Below, in pieces: positions 29,692 through 39,127 of a stretch of 64,000 nucleotides of DNA. The first letter of the stretch is position 1. Every line of letters starts with the position of its first letter. The stretch comes from a virus (taxonomy: Duplodnaviria > Caudoviricetes). The DNA is taken from the IMG/VR virus record IMGVR_UViG_3300033066_001917, positions 96,001 to 160,000 of that record. One strand, given 5' to 3'. The translations under genes and the position numbers were made by a program. Under the pieces are notes generated by a model. The model was given only the letters and a program-made list of their open reading frames with translations. It searched no databases and was not told where the DNA came from.

Positions 29692-30280
29692 CAATTGGAT
29701 TCAAACGTTCACCGGAAAATACCACTACCCTCTTGACGCGAGACCAGAAGAATTGGATATCCGTGACATCATCCACGGTTGCTCCTTGGAGAACAGGTAT
29801 GCCGGGCAAACACCTTTGGCGGTTTCCGTCGCACAGCATCAGTGTCACGTTTTTGACACGGCCCTCGCATTGTTCGGCGCGAGGATGACCCAAGTTTTGG
29901 ATCTGGATCTTATGCGAATCGTTGGTTACGAGGCCCTTTTTCATGATGCCCACGAAGGGATGGGATTCAGAGATATGCCTGCCCCGATCAAACGCCTTCC
30001 AGAATTTGAGATATACAGAAAACTGTCTGATGGCCTACAGCAGGTTGTGTGGGAATTCCTTGGGATTGATCCAACCCCGGAATCCTCGGATCTCGTACAC
30101 GAAGCTGATATGATCCTTCTGGCAACGGAGAAGAGGGACCTGTGCTCCCCTTCTGACTATGATTGGGGTCCTCTTCCTGACCCCCTCCCCGTAACAATTT
30201 CCCCATGGAGTGCAAAGAAGTCCGAAAGGGAAATGTTCCGAAGGTACAAACTTTTGAGATCGTGGGGTGTTTATGGGTAG
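29672..30280 (+). CDS. HD-domain 5'-deoxynucleotidase (YfbR/YfdR-like)
   Basis: WIQTFTG, DI.H..S...RYAG, SVAQH, LFHDAHE, DMPAPIK. Confidence 0.85.
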   Translation: MKPPRGNNWIQTFTGKYHYPLDARPEELDIRDIIHGCSLENRYAGQTPLAVSVAQHQCHVFDTALALFGARMTQVLDLDLMRIVGYEALFHDAHEGMGFRDMPAPIKRLPEFEIYRKLSDGLQQVVWEFLGIDPTPESSDLVHEADMILLATEKRDLCSPSDYDWGPLPDPLPVTISPWSAKKSEREMFRRYKLLRSWGVYG

Positions 30281-30611
30281 CCTCGGTATTCGCGGAAATC
30301 CCTTCAAAGTGGTGGTTTGTTCCGCGAATTATTTTCGGCCCGGAGAGGGGATAATCCTCTGGTACACGGGGGATATCATCCGGCAACTCATTGCGGACTA
30401 TGGGAATAGTGCCGGGGAGTGTGGCTTTGACCTGGAGGAGACTGGTATTTTTGTTTTCGATGGGTCTTTCTTCTGGGAAACGGATAACAATGGTATGTAC
30501 ACCTACCCCGACGGTGGGTGGGTATTCAGAGGCGAATGCCGATCCCCTACGGATGAGGAGTGGGCTCTCATCAAACAAAACCGTAACCCTTTTGAGGTTG
30601 ATGAGCAATGA
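30267..30611 (+). CDS. Hypothetical protein (paralog of N-domain of 30872-31468)
   Basis: GI.V..G...P.GG.W..RG..RSPT..EW motif. Confidence 0.6.
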   Translation: MFMGSLGIRGNPFKVVVCSANYFRPGEGIILWYTGDIIRQLIADYGNSAGECGFDLEETGIFVFDGSFFWETDNNGMYTYPDGGWVFRGECRSPTDEEWALIKQNRNPFEVDEQ

Positions 30612-30865
30612 GTGATAGAAAACTGGGAGTTCATTCCTTTAATTTCAATGAGAGGGACAATGGAGGGGAGTCCCTGATTCTTGACACCACGGCATTTGCA
30701 AATGGTGATCCAGGGGGGGTATATCTCAATCAGAGATTGACCCTCCACTCCTATTGCAATGCTGCTTCTTTTGAATTTATTGGGACCAACCTCACCCCTG
30801 AAGTCTTAAGAAGACTAGCGGATGGGCTAGAGCAATTCATTGAGCAATGCAAACTGAATACATGA
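30608..30865 (+). CDS. Hypothetical protein
   Basis: 85 aa, ATGA overlap. Confidence 0.6.
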   Translation: MSDRKLGVHSFNFNERDNGGESLILDTTAFANGDPGGVYLNQRLTLHSYCNAASFEFIGTNLTPEVLRRLADGLEQFIEQCKLNT

Positions 30866-30871
30866 GGGTTT

Positions 30872-31468
30872 ATGTTTGAGGACCGGAACAAAACCAGATC
30901 AATTCGAGCCGTCGTAGTAAGTGTTCCAGGCCAGAAAGACATGGTTCTGTATCATGACAGTTTGTTCTTGGAGGAAATGATCCTGGGGTTCGGGAACGAT
31001 TTGGAGGAGCTGGGTCTATGCCCTGCTCCAGAGGGGATCTCCGTGTGGGAGGGTAAGTACCATTGGTGTTCAAACGGATACGAGGACCCGGAGGGTGGGG
31101 ATTGGGACCCTAGAGGGTCCTTTCGTTCACCGACGGAAAAGGAATGGGAAGCCATTCGCACCCATCATTCACCATGGGTTTCAGCAAACGAGTTCGTGCG
31201 CTTACGTGATGCCCACGGTGAAGAACAAAGATTTCTTTCCTGGGTGAATATGGAGGAGCCTAATCTTCTTCGGATTATTAGCATGGGGATGCCGGTTGTT
31301 CCCCTCATCAAGGAGGACATGGAGAGACCCAACAGTAATACGTGGTCGTGGTTTTATGCCCTCAAAGAGATCCTAAAAGATGGTCCAGAGATACCGGAAA
31401 GTATGTTGGGGAGAACCGAACCCATAAAACAACTTTGGCTAGCTTGGCTTACAGAAAGAGGCTTCTAA
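30872..31468 (+). CDS. Hypothetical protein
   Basis: 198 aa; shares RG.FRSPT.EW motif with 30267-30611. Confidence 0.6.
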   Translation: MFEDRNKTRSIRAVVVSVPGQKDMVLYHDSLFLEEMILGFGNDLEELGLCPAPEGISVWEGKYHWCSNGYEDPEGGDWDPRGSFRSPTEKEWEAIRTHHSPWVSANEFVRLRDAHGEEQRFLSWVNMEEPNLLRIISMGMPVVPLIKEDMERPNSNTWSWFYALKEILKDGPEIPESMLGRTEPIKQLWLAWLTERGF

Positions 31469-31500
31469 CCACCCAGCCCGAATCCGGTGTAAGTCCCACC

Positions 31501-31995
31501 ATGAAACCCATTCATAAAACTGACACCAACTTTTTCAACCAACAGGTTCAAACAAGAGTCTCAGACCTTGTCGGGGTTACCCGCGTGACCGTAGGGTATG
31601 ACCATTTGGGATCGGATCTATACCGGGGCAAGGTTGTGGTTGAGTTGGATTCGGAGGGGATTGAGGAAGAGGTGACGGGGGCTTTCGCGCGGTTGAAGCG
31701 TACCTATGATTTTCACCTGATTGTTTTGAATCTATTTTTGGGGGGTACGGTTCTTCCAAAACTCACGCCTAAAATTTTCTCAGTCGGTAAAAACCCTCAA
31801 TCTTGCACTGATTCTTTCATTAGGGATAATTTTCCGTATGAGAAGGATTACGAAGTGGTGGACTGCCATACAGACACATCCACCAAGGATCCTGTGTCTG
31901 GAATGACGGAAGTTCGATTGAAGTCTGGCAACCTTCTCAAACTTCATTGGAAGTCGGAGGGTGACCTTTATTGGGTTGTGAAGTGGGAACTATGA
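31501..31995 (+). CDS. Hypothetical protein
   Basis: GTAA-N8-ATG start at 31501. Confidence 0.55.
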   Translation: MKPIHKTDTNFFNQQVQTRVSDLVGVTRVTVGYDHLGSDLYRGKVVVELDSEGIEEEVTGAFARLKRTYDFHLIVLNLFLGGTVLPKLTPKIFSVGKNPQSCTDSFIRDNFPYEKDYEVVDCHTDTSTKDPVSGMTEVRLKSGNLLKLHWKSEGDLYWVVKWEL

Positions 31996-32489
31996 TAGAA
32001 TTTCAGAAAATTAAGGTCCGATTAAAAGAAATCGGAACCGTTACTGCCAGCTATCCCCCTCAGTTTCAGGAAGTGTGTCGGCATGGGGGAGTTAACCTAA
32101 CGGACCCCATGTGTGACGCTCTTTACGATCATTTTCGAGCGAAATATCGTAAGTTCTATCTATGGTGGGTCATAGATCCGGAGAACCCCAGTGCCAGCAG
32201 ACTTCACGTGGCTCACGTAAGTGACTTTGATCGATGGGCTAACTCGCGGGTTTATTATGGCCCAATCCCGGAGACTTTTGCGGATCTCAATCGACTCCTA
32301 ACCCGATTAGAGGGTGGGAGGGTGCGCGGTCGGGCCATGTACACAGCCCACTACGATGACAAGGGATGGTTCAATATTTATGATAACAACTATAATGTTT
32401 TACGCCGCACTCGCTGCTACCCTTATGGCAACACTAGCCGTTGTCCTGTACAACACGGCCCTCACAAAAGAGTCAACTGCACACCTTGA
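31971..32489 (+). CDS. Hypothetical protein
   Basis: ORF in plus-strand run. Confidence 0.5.
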   Translation: MGCEVGTMIEFQKIKVRLKEIGTVTASYPPQFQEVCRHGGVNLTDPMCDALYDHFRAKYRKFYLWWVIDPENPSASRLHVAHVSDFDRWANSRVYYGPIPETFADLNRLLTRLEGGRVRGRAMYTAHYDDKGWFNIYDNNYNVLRRTRCYPYGNTSRCPVQHGPHKRVNCTP

Positions 32490-32889
32490 CCTTGTCCAAG
32501 AATGGAAGGTTGTTGTTCAACACTCCATGGGTGGGTCCCATGAGGTATACACTGTTCGGGTGTACCCTTATGGGAAAAGCTACAAAGCTACCTATGGAGA
32601 CACGACGGTTTCTGGAACCACACCGCATCTAGCGGTCCTCAGATTGGCTTGTAAGCTTGAATGGAACCTGGAATCCGTTCAATATCCTTACCAAACAGGC
32701 ATTGTGGAAGAAGTTATGGTTTACTGTGAGGATCAGTGTGATTCCGTTCAGAAGGAGTATGAGGACCTAGCTGATGCCGGTGGTGGGAAAGGGTACACAG
32801 CCGATGAATGTGACCTTATTGGTCACGGTGCAAGGTTGGTCAAAAGAAGAATCCGAGAGGGTTCGGAACCGGACGAGGATCGTGAATGA
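32314..32889 (+). CDS. Membrane-anchored hypothetical protein
   Basis: Hydrophobic segment IMFYAALAATLMATLAVVLY; start uncertain. Confidence 0.5.
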   Translation: MGGCAVGPCTQPTTMTRDGSIFMITTIMFYAALAATLMATLAVVLYNTALTKESTAHLDLVQEWKVVVQHSMGGSHEVYTVRVYPYGKSYKATYGDTTVSGTTPHLAVLRLACKLEWNLESVQYPYQTGIVEEVMVYCEDQCDSVQKEYEDLADAGGGKGYTADECDLIGHGARLVKRRIREGSEPDEDRE

Positions 32890-33287
32890 TGGGTGTTGAC
32901 CTATATATTGGGGAAGCTGTTTTGTCTTCCCCTACAGATTGCTTGAAGTATCCGGACGAGTCTCACAAAATAGAGGTTCGGGTTCTGGAGCTACCTGACG
33001 GAAGTAATCATTGGAAATTCTCGTATTCAGGGTTCCGTGACTTTTTACTCAATGCGGGTCTATACGACCTTATGTGGGCGGATGGTACCGCCATTATGTC
33101 CGATCATCCGGGCTGTGACCTGATTACACCAGAGATGCTTAGTAGATTCCAGCAAGCTAAAAAATGCTTGGAAGGGCAAGACCCAGCCCTCAAATTACGG
33201 TCTCATATTGAGGCCATCAACTGGTTTGTATCCCAGTCAGAAAGGGCGCTGGGTGCCTGTAAAATCCCGGCGATCATGAACCGATGA
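32886..33287 (+). CDS. Hypothetical protein
   Basis: MGVDLYIG start, coupled. Confidence 0.6.
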   Translation: MMGVDLYIGEAVLSSPTDCLKYPDESHKIEVRVLELPDGSNHWKFSYSGFRDFLLNAGLYDLMWADGTAIMSDHPGCDLITPEMLSRFQQAKKCLEGQDPALKLRSHIEAINWFVSQSERALGACKIPAIMNR

Positions 33288-33577
33288 TAACCTTAGAATA
33301 CGACCCATCGTCCGATGTTTTGTACGTTAAAATAGGTGGATCCAACCCCACCACTTCTAGGACCCCTGATGATGACGCTAATTTTATCCTCAATCTGGAT
33401 GAATATGGTTCCATCGTTGGTGTGCAATGGATCTCACCCCATCAAACTCCGGAGCATTCGGAATGGATGACTTTGCCAGAAGGGATTCGTAATATCATTG
33501 AAAACTGGTTTTCATCCCAGGACAAATTCTACCCCTGGACAACACTCCAAATTCAAACGGCCAAATTGTTCTTATGA
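33284..33577 (+). CDS. DUF2283-like protein
   Basis: LEYDPSSDVLYV...LNLDEYGSIVGV. Confidence 0.7.
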   Translation: MITLEYDPSSDVLYVKIGGSNPTTSRTPDDDANFILNLDEYGSIVGVQWISPHQTPEHSEWMTLPEGIRNIIENWFSSQDKFYPWTTLQIQTAKLFL

Positions 33578-33774
33578 CATTAGAATCAAAAATACAAGAT
33601 GGAGTAACTGTCAGCGTTGGTTCACTTGTGTGCCAACTTTGCAGTGAGCGCAAAACGGTTGCCTTTATGCTTCCCGGGAACCGGGCCATTTCAGAAGAGG
33701 AGATTGACGCTCTGGGGGCCGGATGGGTTTGTGACCAGTGCAGACACCACCACTTTTTACAAACCCCCAATTGA
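33574..33774 (+). CDS. Small Zn-finger protein
   Basis: CQLC...CDQC. Confidence 0.5.
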   Translation: MTLESKIQDGVTVSVGSLVCQLCSERKTVAFMLPGNRAISEEEIDALGAGWVCDQCRHHHFLQTPN

Positions 33775-33775
33775 C

Positions 33776-34201
33776 TTAGCGGGCAATCAAAGCACATCCT
33801 AGAGCTATTAGGATAGATCCTACGATTGTGTTTTGATTGGTGGGTATTTTGTATACCAAGACGCTAATGAGAATCGCCACCAAGGGGTAAGCGCTGGTCA
33901 TCGGAATAACTTTTGTGGGTGGGAGCCGCGTGAAAGCTTCGTGGTAAGTTGTGGTGCCGAGGATGCCGCAGAGAATAGAAACAATCCCCCATCCGATCGC
34001 GGGATAAAACTCCCCCTGCCGATGTACCCTCGCAATGTGGCAGAGAATGGGGATCTCCGCAATAGCCATAATCACCGCCACGATGGCCATGGCCAATTGA
34101 GCACCATAAGGACCAGCAAGGTGTGTGGCCCTATCGTGTGCGACCGCTTGTAACCCCCACAATAAAGCTGTAACCCCTACTAAACCGTAGGCTAACCACA
34201 T
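33776..34201 (-). CDS. EamA/DMT-like membrane protein
   Basis: ALLWG, V.P.TSAYPLVA...I.G..LI..G; several TM helices. Confidence 0.75.
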   Translation of the reverse strand: MWLAYGLVGVTALLWGLQAVAHDRATHLAGPYGAQLAMAIVAVIMAIAEIPILCHIARVHRQGEFYPAIGWGIVSILCGILGTTTYHEAFTRLPPTKVIPMTSAYPLVAILISVLVYKIPTNQNTIVGSILIALGCALIAR

Positions 34202-34497
34202 TAAAAACCTTTGGCCCCTATTGAGCTCAAAGCAACGGTTAGAAGACCCACCACCTGATCTATTGAAGCTCTGGCCTCTTTGTCCCCTACTTTCTGCGAT
34301 AGTCGTAGTTGGGTCAATTTCTGGATTGCTTCTTTAATGGCATCAACAGCTTCCGGGTGTGGTAGTCTGGACCCGAGTATATCAATTGCTCGCTTCAGGG
34401 GTTCATCATCATAGGGTTTGTAAGGGTCACCAGGACCAGCGAATGGGGCGGCCCCGTACATCATCACGCTCATCGTTGTTGGTTGTTTTTTGGGCAT
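34201..34497 (-). CDS. Hypothetical protein
   Basis: 98 aa; GTAA-N8-ATG. Confidence 0.55.
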   Translation of the reverse strand: MPKKQPTTMSVMMYGAAPFAGPGDPYKPYDDEPLKRAIDILGSRLPHPEAVDAIKEAIQKLTQLRLSQKVGDKEARASIDQVVGLLTVALSSIGAKGF

Positions 34498-34514
34498 GGG
34501 TTATTTTACCTTTC

Positions 34515-34549
34515 AAAATGGGGAGAGGCACCCTCGGGTGCCTCTCCCC
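34515..34549 (-). terminator. Probable intrinsic terminator
   Basis: 13-bp GC-rich hairpin GGGGAGAGGCACC/GGTGCCTCTCCCC followed by ATTTT on minus strand. Confidence 0.6.
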
Positions 34550-34849
34550 TTAAATGCGATTTTGAAACATGGACAGGAAGGTTTTTTCCTCCTGATCTAT
34601 CAGGGCCTTGGACCATCCATAGAAGGTGTCAACATTCTTGTGGGTGACTCCGGCTTCGTCCTCTATGGTGGCCGAGCTATCCAAACCGGCTTCTATAAAT
34701 GCCTCTCTAATGCTAAGTTCGTCCTTGAATTTCAACTCATCATAGCAACAGCCACATCCCCTGCGGACATAAAAAGTTTCGAGCTTAGGGTTGATAGGGC
34801 CATACTTGCCATTGATGATGGTAAGACCGTTTTCATCAACCTTTATCAT
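34550..34849 (-). CDS. Hypothetical protein
   Basis: 99 aa with GCGCC motif. Confidence 0.55.
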   Translation of the reverse strand: MIKVDENGLTIINGKYGPINPKLETFYVRRGCGCCYDELKFKDELSIREAFIEAGLDSSATIEDEAGVTHKNVDTFYGWSKALIDQEEKTFLSMFQNRI

Positions 34850-34850
34850 A

Positions 34851-34925
34851 TGGTTCGGGGTGAGGGAATCGAACCCCCATTAGCGGAGTCAAAGGCCGCA
34901 GTCCTAACCGTTGGACGAACCCCAA
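34851..34925 (-). tRNA. tRNA-Gln(TTG)
   Basis: Cloverleaf, loop CTTTGAC, encoded CCA. Confidence 0.9.
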
Positions 34926-34927
34926 AG

Positions 34928-34998
34928 ACGCGGAGCCACAGATTTGCACTGGTTACCAGGGTTATGGGCCCTGTAGGATACTAAACCCCCCGCCCGCA
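34928..34998 (-). tRNA. tRNA-Met(CAT), initiator-like, atypical
   Basis: CAGGG-CCCATAA-CCCTG with 3 G-C pairs; T-loop TGCAAAT; irregular stems. Confidence 0.6.
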
Positions 34999-35003
34999 GT
35001 ATT

Positions 35004-35303
35004 TTAATTGATCTCGGTTACACGATTGATTGGTGACAGTCTTTGGTAGCCATCCTTTCCCTGGGCATACACCTTCCCGTCAATAATACTGGGTCCACCA
35101 CCTAGGAGATACAGAGTGTAGTCTATAGCTTTCTTCTCGTCTACACCCGCTGACAGTCGAACTGTTTGACCATTGTAAACAGTCATCGTCGTCACGATTG
35201 GGAGTGGGCTAGGATCACCCGCTACCCCAAGTGTGGTATGCTGACCATATATTTCAAGAATCTTACCATCCTTGAGCTCTACATTGCAAAGATGTTTCAA
35301 CAT
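35004..35303 (-). CDS. Hypothetical protein
   Basis: 99 aa between tRNAs, AAGG SD. Confidence 0.55.
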   Translation of the reverse strand: MLKHLCNVELKDGKILEIYGQHTTLGVAGDPSPLPIVTTMTVYNGQTVRLSAGVDEKKAIDYTLYLLGGGPSIIDGKVYAQGKDGYQRLSPINRVTEIN

Positions 35304-35314
35304 AACCTTAATTT

Positions 35315-35400
35315 TGGTGCGAAAGAGGGGACTTGAACCCCTAATGGTTATTAACCCTCGGATTTTAAATCCGCCGCGTCTGCCGTTCCGCCACTCTCGC
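35315..35400 (-). tRNA. tRNA-Leu(TAA)
   Basis: Class II cloverleaf, CCA. Confidence 0.9.
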
Positions 35401-35599
35401 CTGAATAGTCCTTACCGCATCGGGGGCATCTCTGGACGGTAAGATAGTAAGTAAATCCACAGGAACATTCTGTTTTCCCAGCCTTGATCGCATTCTCTTT
35501 TGCTTTCGCCCACACGTCCTTACCAAACAAATCTTCAGGGGTGGCAGAGCAGAGTTTGCATCCAATTCTCGGATTACGGTGATTCGAGCAGATTCCCAT
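35351..35599 (-). CDS. Small Cys-rich protein, 3' end overlapping tRNA-Leu
   Basis: CKLC, CSC, CPRC. Confidence 0.4.
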   Translation of the reverse strand: MGICSNHRNPRIGCKLCSATPEDLFGKDVWAKAKENAIKAGKTECSCGFTYYLTVQRCPRCGKDYSGESGGTADAADLKSEG

Positions 35600-35601
35600 A
35601 G

Positions 35602-35673
35602 TTCCCGCAGATGGAATCGAACCATCATTCCCAGAGTCAGAGGCTGGTGTCCTAACCGTTGGACGATGCGGAA
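35602..35673 (-). tRNA. tRNA-Gln(CTG)
   Basis: Cloverleaf, loop CTCTGAC. Confidence 0.9.
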
Positions 35674-35685
35674 TCAAATACGTAG

Positions 35686-35760
35686 TGCCACAGGTTGGAA
35701 TTGAACCAACTTCTCCGGGGCTTCAACCCAGCGCTTGTGTGCCTCTTCAGCTTCTGTGGC
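35686..35760 (-). tRNA. tRNA-Phe(GAA)
   Basis: Cloverleaf, loop TTGAAGC. Confidence 0.85.
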
Positions 35761-35768
35761 ATTGTTGA

Positions 35769-35836
35769 CAGGCGGACTGGGAGTCGAACCCAGCTCAAAC
35801 GGTTTTGGAGACCATCTGGATCCCGGACCTCCGCCT
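35769..35836 (-). tRNA. tRNA-Trp(CCA), shortened D-arm
   Basis: Loop CTCCAAA, canonical T-arm, 68 nt. Confidence 0.75.
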
Positions 35837-35877
35837 AAATTGGCGAAAAGGTTGGGGTCGCCATAAAGGACCTAAGT

Positions 35878-35953
35878 TGGTGTGGGGAGGGGGATTTGAA
35901 CCCCCGACCAACCGGATATCAACCGGGTGCACTAACCACCGTGCTACCCCCAC
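35878..35953 (-). tRNA. tRNA-Ile(GAT)
   Basis: Cloverleaf, CCA. Confidence 0.9.
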
Positions 35954-36140
35954 ATTCGAATCAAACGCCGTGGTCGGTTCCACGGCGTTGATAATGTTGA
36001 TTGTGAGGGTTGGGGTCATTGAAGTACTCGATTGGTTTGGGTTATAGAAAACTTACCGTCAGAGTTGTTACGCATCTGATTTAGTTCTGGTCGTTCGTCA
36101 GGATGATTCCCTAGCTATAGGAACGACACCATGAGTACCC

Positions 36141-37727
36141 ATGGCCCTCAAAACAGTCGAAATCTCTGTCGCCCAAGCAATTGAAGCTAGCAGTACCTAC
36201 ACCAACGAGCAAATTGCTTTCCATGCCAGTGACCTCTACCTAGGGTCAATGGAGGGGCTGGCTATTCTGGATAACACCGCCGCCCTATCCTGGGATTACA
36301 ATTCTGTCACAAAAAAACTCAGTGGTCTTGCAGTAGGGAGTCTCAACTCTTCCAATATTGCAACGGCGTCCGGTGTTTCTAGTTACGTTGTTGGAAGCAA
36401 AATATTCCTTATTTTCACCAGACAGACGACCACCAGTAGTGGTGTTCCATGGTCGGCCCAAAGCGGCCCCTATCTAGTGAATGTGGTCGGGAATGGGTCC
36501 ACGGTTGCCGAGCTTATTCGAGCCCCGGAATTCTATACCCTTGCCGATGTCAATCTGGGGGCCTTTGCGAACGTCACTGCTGGGACCTATGCCGCTACGG
36601 CTACTTTCTTGAGCAGTAAGGGTGGGGGGTCTTTTGACGCCACCCCCCTGGTTTTCTCGATGGTAGGAACAGGAACCCCGGGGAACCTACCCTCAGCCAC
36701 GGGGGCTGGTGCCTATCCGCGATCCACGGGTGTGGGCACAACTTACACTGCTGTTTTTCCAGTGCTCCAAGGATTGTTGGCGGCGAGACCGGCGGCCAGC
36801 GCTAGTCTGCAGGGTACCTCTTATCTAGCTACGGATCTCACCCCTCCCCTTTTATATCAGTGTATATCAACGGGTCCTAGTACCTATGGGTGGTACCTGC
36901 AAGCCGCTGGGATAAGTGCCGCTGAGGCCAGAGATTCGATCGGGGCCGGTACAAGCAGTGTCGCTCTGGCATCAACCGCTCCGGCTGCATTGGGGGTGAC
37001 CAACGTTGGGATTGGAACCACGGCCGCTCGGAGTGACCACGTTCATCCCCTACCCACAGCGGCAACAATCGGGGCTATTGCCACATCCAGTCTTTCCAAT
37101 TCAACTCCCGCAGCCCCAGGGTCAGCAAGTCCAGGAGTGGCTACCTCGGTTTCCAGAAGCGATCACGTTCATGCACCGACAACTGCCACACAAGTTGGAC
37201 TCGGGGCTGTAACGGCAACGGGTGCAGATGCGGCGACGGCTAGAGCCGTGATCTCGGCAGTTGCTACAACTAGATCAATTGGTACCACTGCCGGATTGTC
37301 CGGTGGGGGTACCTTATCTGGTGACCTCACTCTTTCAGCAACGAATGCCGCCGTAGGTCCAAGACATATCCCACTAGGCGGATATGCAACGGTTTCGGCT
37401 GTTGATGGGACAATGGTGATTGGTGGAAGCCCGGAAGCTTTAGGGCCTTCAGACTTTTCTATCACTGGGAAGACAACGGTTTGGACTCTGCGGCTTGTAG
37501 CCAGTGTGGTGTCACCGGAGACTTTGACCGTGGTTCTTTACAATCTAACGGATTCCACGACTGCGGCAACCATCACTGTCACAGAAACTACACCTACGGC
37601 GAAAAGTGCCTCGGTGACGGTTCCCGGTGGGGCCAAGTTGTTTGAGCTTCGGGCATCCTGCTCGGGTTCAACAAACGCCGAGTATGGTGTTATCAATTCC
37701 TCTTCTTTGAAAGTGCACTGGACATAA
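36141..37727 (+). CDS. Tail/head fibre-like virion protein
   Basis: A/T/S/G-rich with two RSDHVH repeats and GLSGGGTLSGD motif typical of phage fibres. Confidence 0.7.
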   Translation: MALKTVEISVAQAIEASSTYTNEQIAFHASDLYLGSMEGLAILDNTAALSWDYNSVTKKLSGLAVGSLNSSNIATASGVSSYVVGSKIFLIFTRQTTTSSGVPWSAQSGPYLVNVVGNGSTVAELIRAPEFYTLADVNLGAFANVTAGTYAATATFLSSKGGGSFDATPLVFSMVGTGTPGNLPSATGAGAYPRSTGVGTTYTAVFPVLQGLLAARPAASASLQGTSYLATDLTPPLLYQCISTGPSTYGWYLQAAGISAAEARDSIGAGTSSVALASTAPAALGVTNVGIGTTAARSDHVHPLPTAATIGAIATSSLSNSTPAAPGSASPGVATSVSRSDHVHAPTTATQVGLGAVTATGADAATARAVISAVATTRSIGTTAGLSGGGTLSGDLTLSATNAAVGPRHIPLGGYATVSAVDGTMVIGGSPEALGPSDFSITGKTTVWTLRLVASVVSPETLTVVLYNLTDSTTAATITVTETTPTAKSASVTVPGGAKLFELRASCSGSTNAEYGVINSSSLKVHWT

Positions 37728-38689
37728 TGGCAATTCTAACCTCTGCAACCACCCCAGCTACGGGTACGGAAGCAATCTTTGATTTGATAGACATTTTGTG
37801 CCTTGCCGGGTGGGAGATCCCGCAATGGTCCGATGGGTCAACCCTGACAACCCCGGGCTCCCCACTCACGGCAAACCCATATGGTAGTGCAGCCTCAGGT
37901 GCTGGAAACTTAGGGAATACCGGTGCATGGTTCAGAATCACAGCACCAGATGGTAGCCGTGAATGGATGTTCCAAAGAAACTCTACTGACAAGTCCTGGA
38001 AAACATATCGGTCCCGATTAGGTTTCAGTGGTGGTAGCCCATCTGCCACCACTCTTCCCACCGACGCTGTATCCGGCCAATTGATTTGGAACGCCGATAC
38101 ATGGTATCTCCCTCCTGGTAGATGGCTTGTAGAAGCCGAAGACAGTGCCCCCTATGGTTTCACTGGCTTTACTGTTGTGATTGGTGGTGGGAATGTTCGT
38201 ACTGTGTTGTTTGATGAGCCCCTGGTGTCGGGTAGTTACCCTGCTGCTGACTTAGATCCTGTTTTGTCTGGTGTTTATTACAACAGTTCCGGCTTTGGCC
38301 CCTATGACTTTTATATTTCCCCGGGGGGAGTTCCTGTTGGGTACAAGCGATTTCTCCACGGTAACGTATCAGCCTCTAATGCCCGGTTTTCTTATTTCTT
38401 CCAGAGGAGTCCTGATGGGTCAAGGGTAGCCCCAGCCGAAAATACAAGCTTCTCCCAAATGAGCCCAAGTCCTTACAACAACAGTGAAATTCCAGTCCCG
38501 ATTTTTGTAGCCACAAATGCACCAGCAGCTACTAACACCGGGTGGATCGGAGTGACAAGAACGCACCGATGGACAACGGTTGGTGGACGTAGCAACGGTC
38601 AAACCCTCTATGATTCCACCAACAATAAGTATTGGATATATTGTGGCGGGCTATGGGTTCAGTGGGATAACACCACGCCAACGATCTAA
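37727..38689 (+). CDS. Probable virion/fibre-associated protein
   Basis: 320 aa, coupled to fibre gene, W/G/S/T-rich. Confidence 0.55.
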   Translation: MAILTSATTPATGTEAIFDLIDILCLAGWEIPQWSDGSTLTTPGSPLTANPYGSAASGAGNLGNTGAWFRITAPDGSREWMFQRNSTDKSWKTYRSRLGFSGGSPSATTLPTDAVSGQLIWNADTWYLPPGRWLVEAEDSAPYGFTGFTVVIGGGNVRTVLFDEPLVSGSYPAADLDPVLSGVYYNSSGFGPYDFYISPGGVPVGYKRFLHGNVSASNARFSYFFQRSPDGSRVAPAENTSFSQMSPSPYNNSEIPVPIFVATNAPAATNTGWIGVTRTHRWTTVGGRSNGQTLYDSTNNKYWIYCGGLWVQWDNTTPTI

Positions 38690-38701
38690 TAGAGGTGGAA
38701 C

Positions 38702-38917
38702 GTGGCTGATTACAACGGGTTTTCAATCTCCAACCCCACTATCCTTTACGGATCGCAGAGATACCCCAGACGGGAGGGACTGATTCTAGATCCTACAACC
38801 GGAGGGGTTAGTGTCACCACCTACTACTATCGAACCACGATTGGCACCCGCGGTTCTACTACAGACCCTGGAACCATTCCTGTAGGTGCTGTAGTAGAGA
38901 GAATTGTAGTATCATGA
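38702..38917 (+). CDS. Small probable virion protein
   Basis: GAGGT SD, GTG start, 71 aa. Confidence 0.55.
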   Translation: MADYNGFSISNPTILYGSQRYPRREGLILDPTTGGVSVTTYYYRTTIGTRGSTTDPGTIPVGAVVERIVVS

Positions 38918-38923
38918 ACTTAG

Positions 38924-38997
38924 ACCAACGGGCCGGACTCGCACCGGCTTCAGCTAGGGTTGCAATCTAGCGGCTCGACTACTTCACCATCCGTTGG
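38924..38997 (-). tRNA. tRNA-Cys(GCA)
   Basis: Loop TTGCAAC, U73 discriminator, T-loop TGCGAGT. Confidence 0.8.
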
Positions 38998-39000
38998 ATA

Positions 39001-39071
39001 ATCCCGCTGACGGATTTGAACCGACATCTCCCAGGTACAGGCTGGGAATCCTACCATTGAACGAAACGGGA
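39001..39071 (-). tRNA. tRNA-Thr(TGT), C33 variant
   Basis: CCCAG-CCTGTAC-CTGGG; identity uncertain. Confidence 0.65.
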
Positions 39072-39127
39072 ATAGAGCTGTAGGTGAGAATTGATACCTG
39101 ATATTCTCATTATGGCTTACCAACGGT

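Noticed and set aside
29672-30280. DatZ of a Z-genome (2-aminoadenine) pathway
   Set aside because: Generic YfbR/YfdR-like HD motifs only; no purZ or mazZ in the window.
39001-39071. tRNA-Tyr(GTA)
   Set aside because: GTA is off-centre in the 7-nt loop and there is no long variable arm; read as Thr(TGT) with C33.
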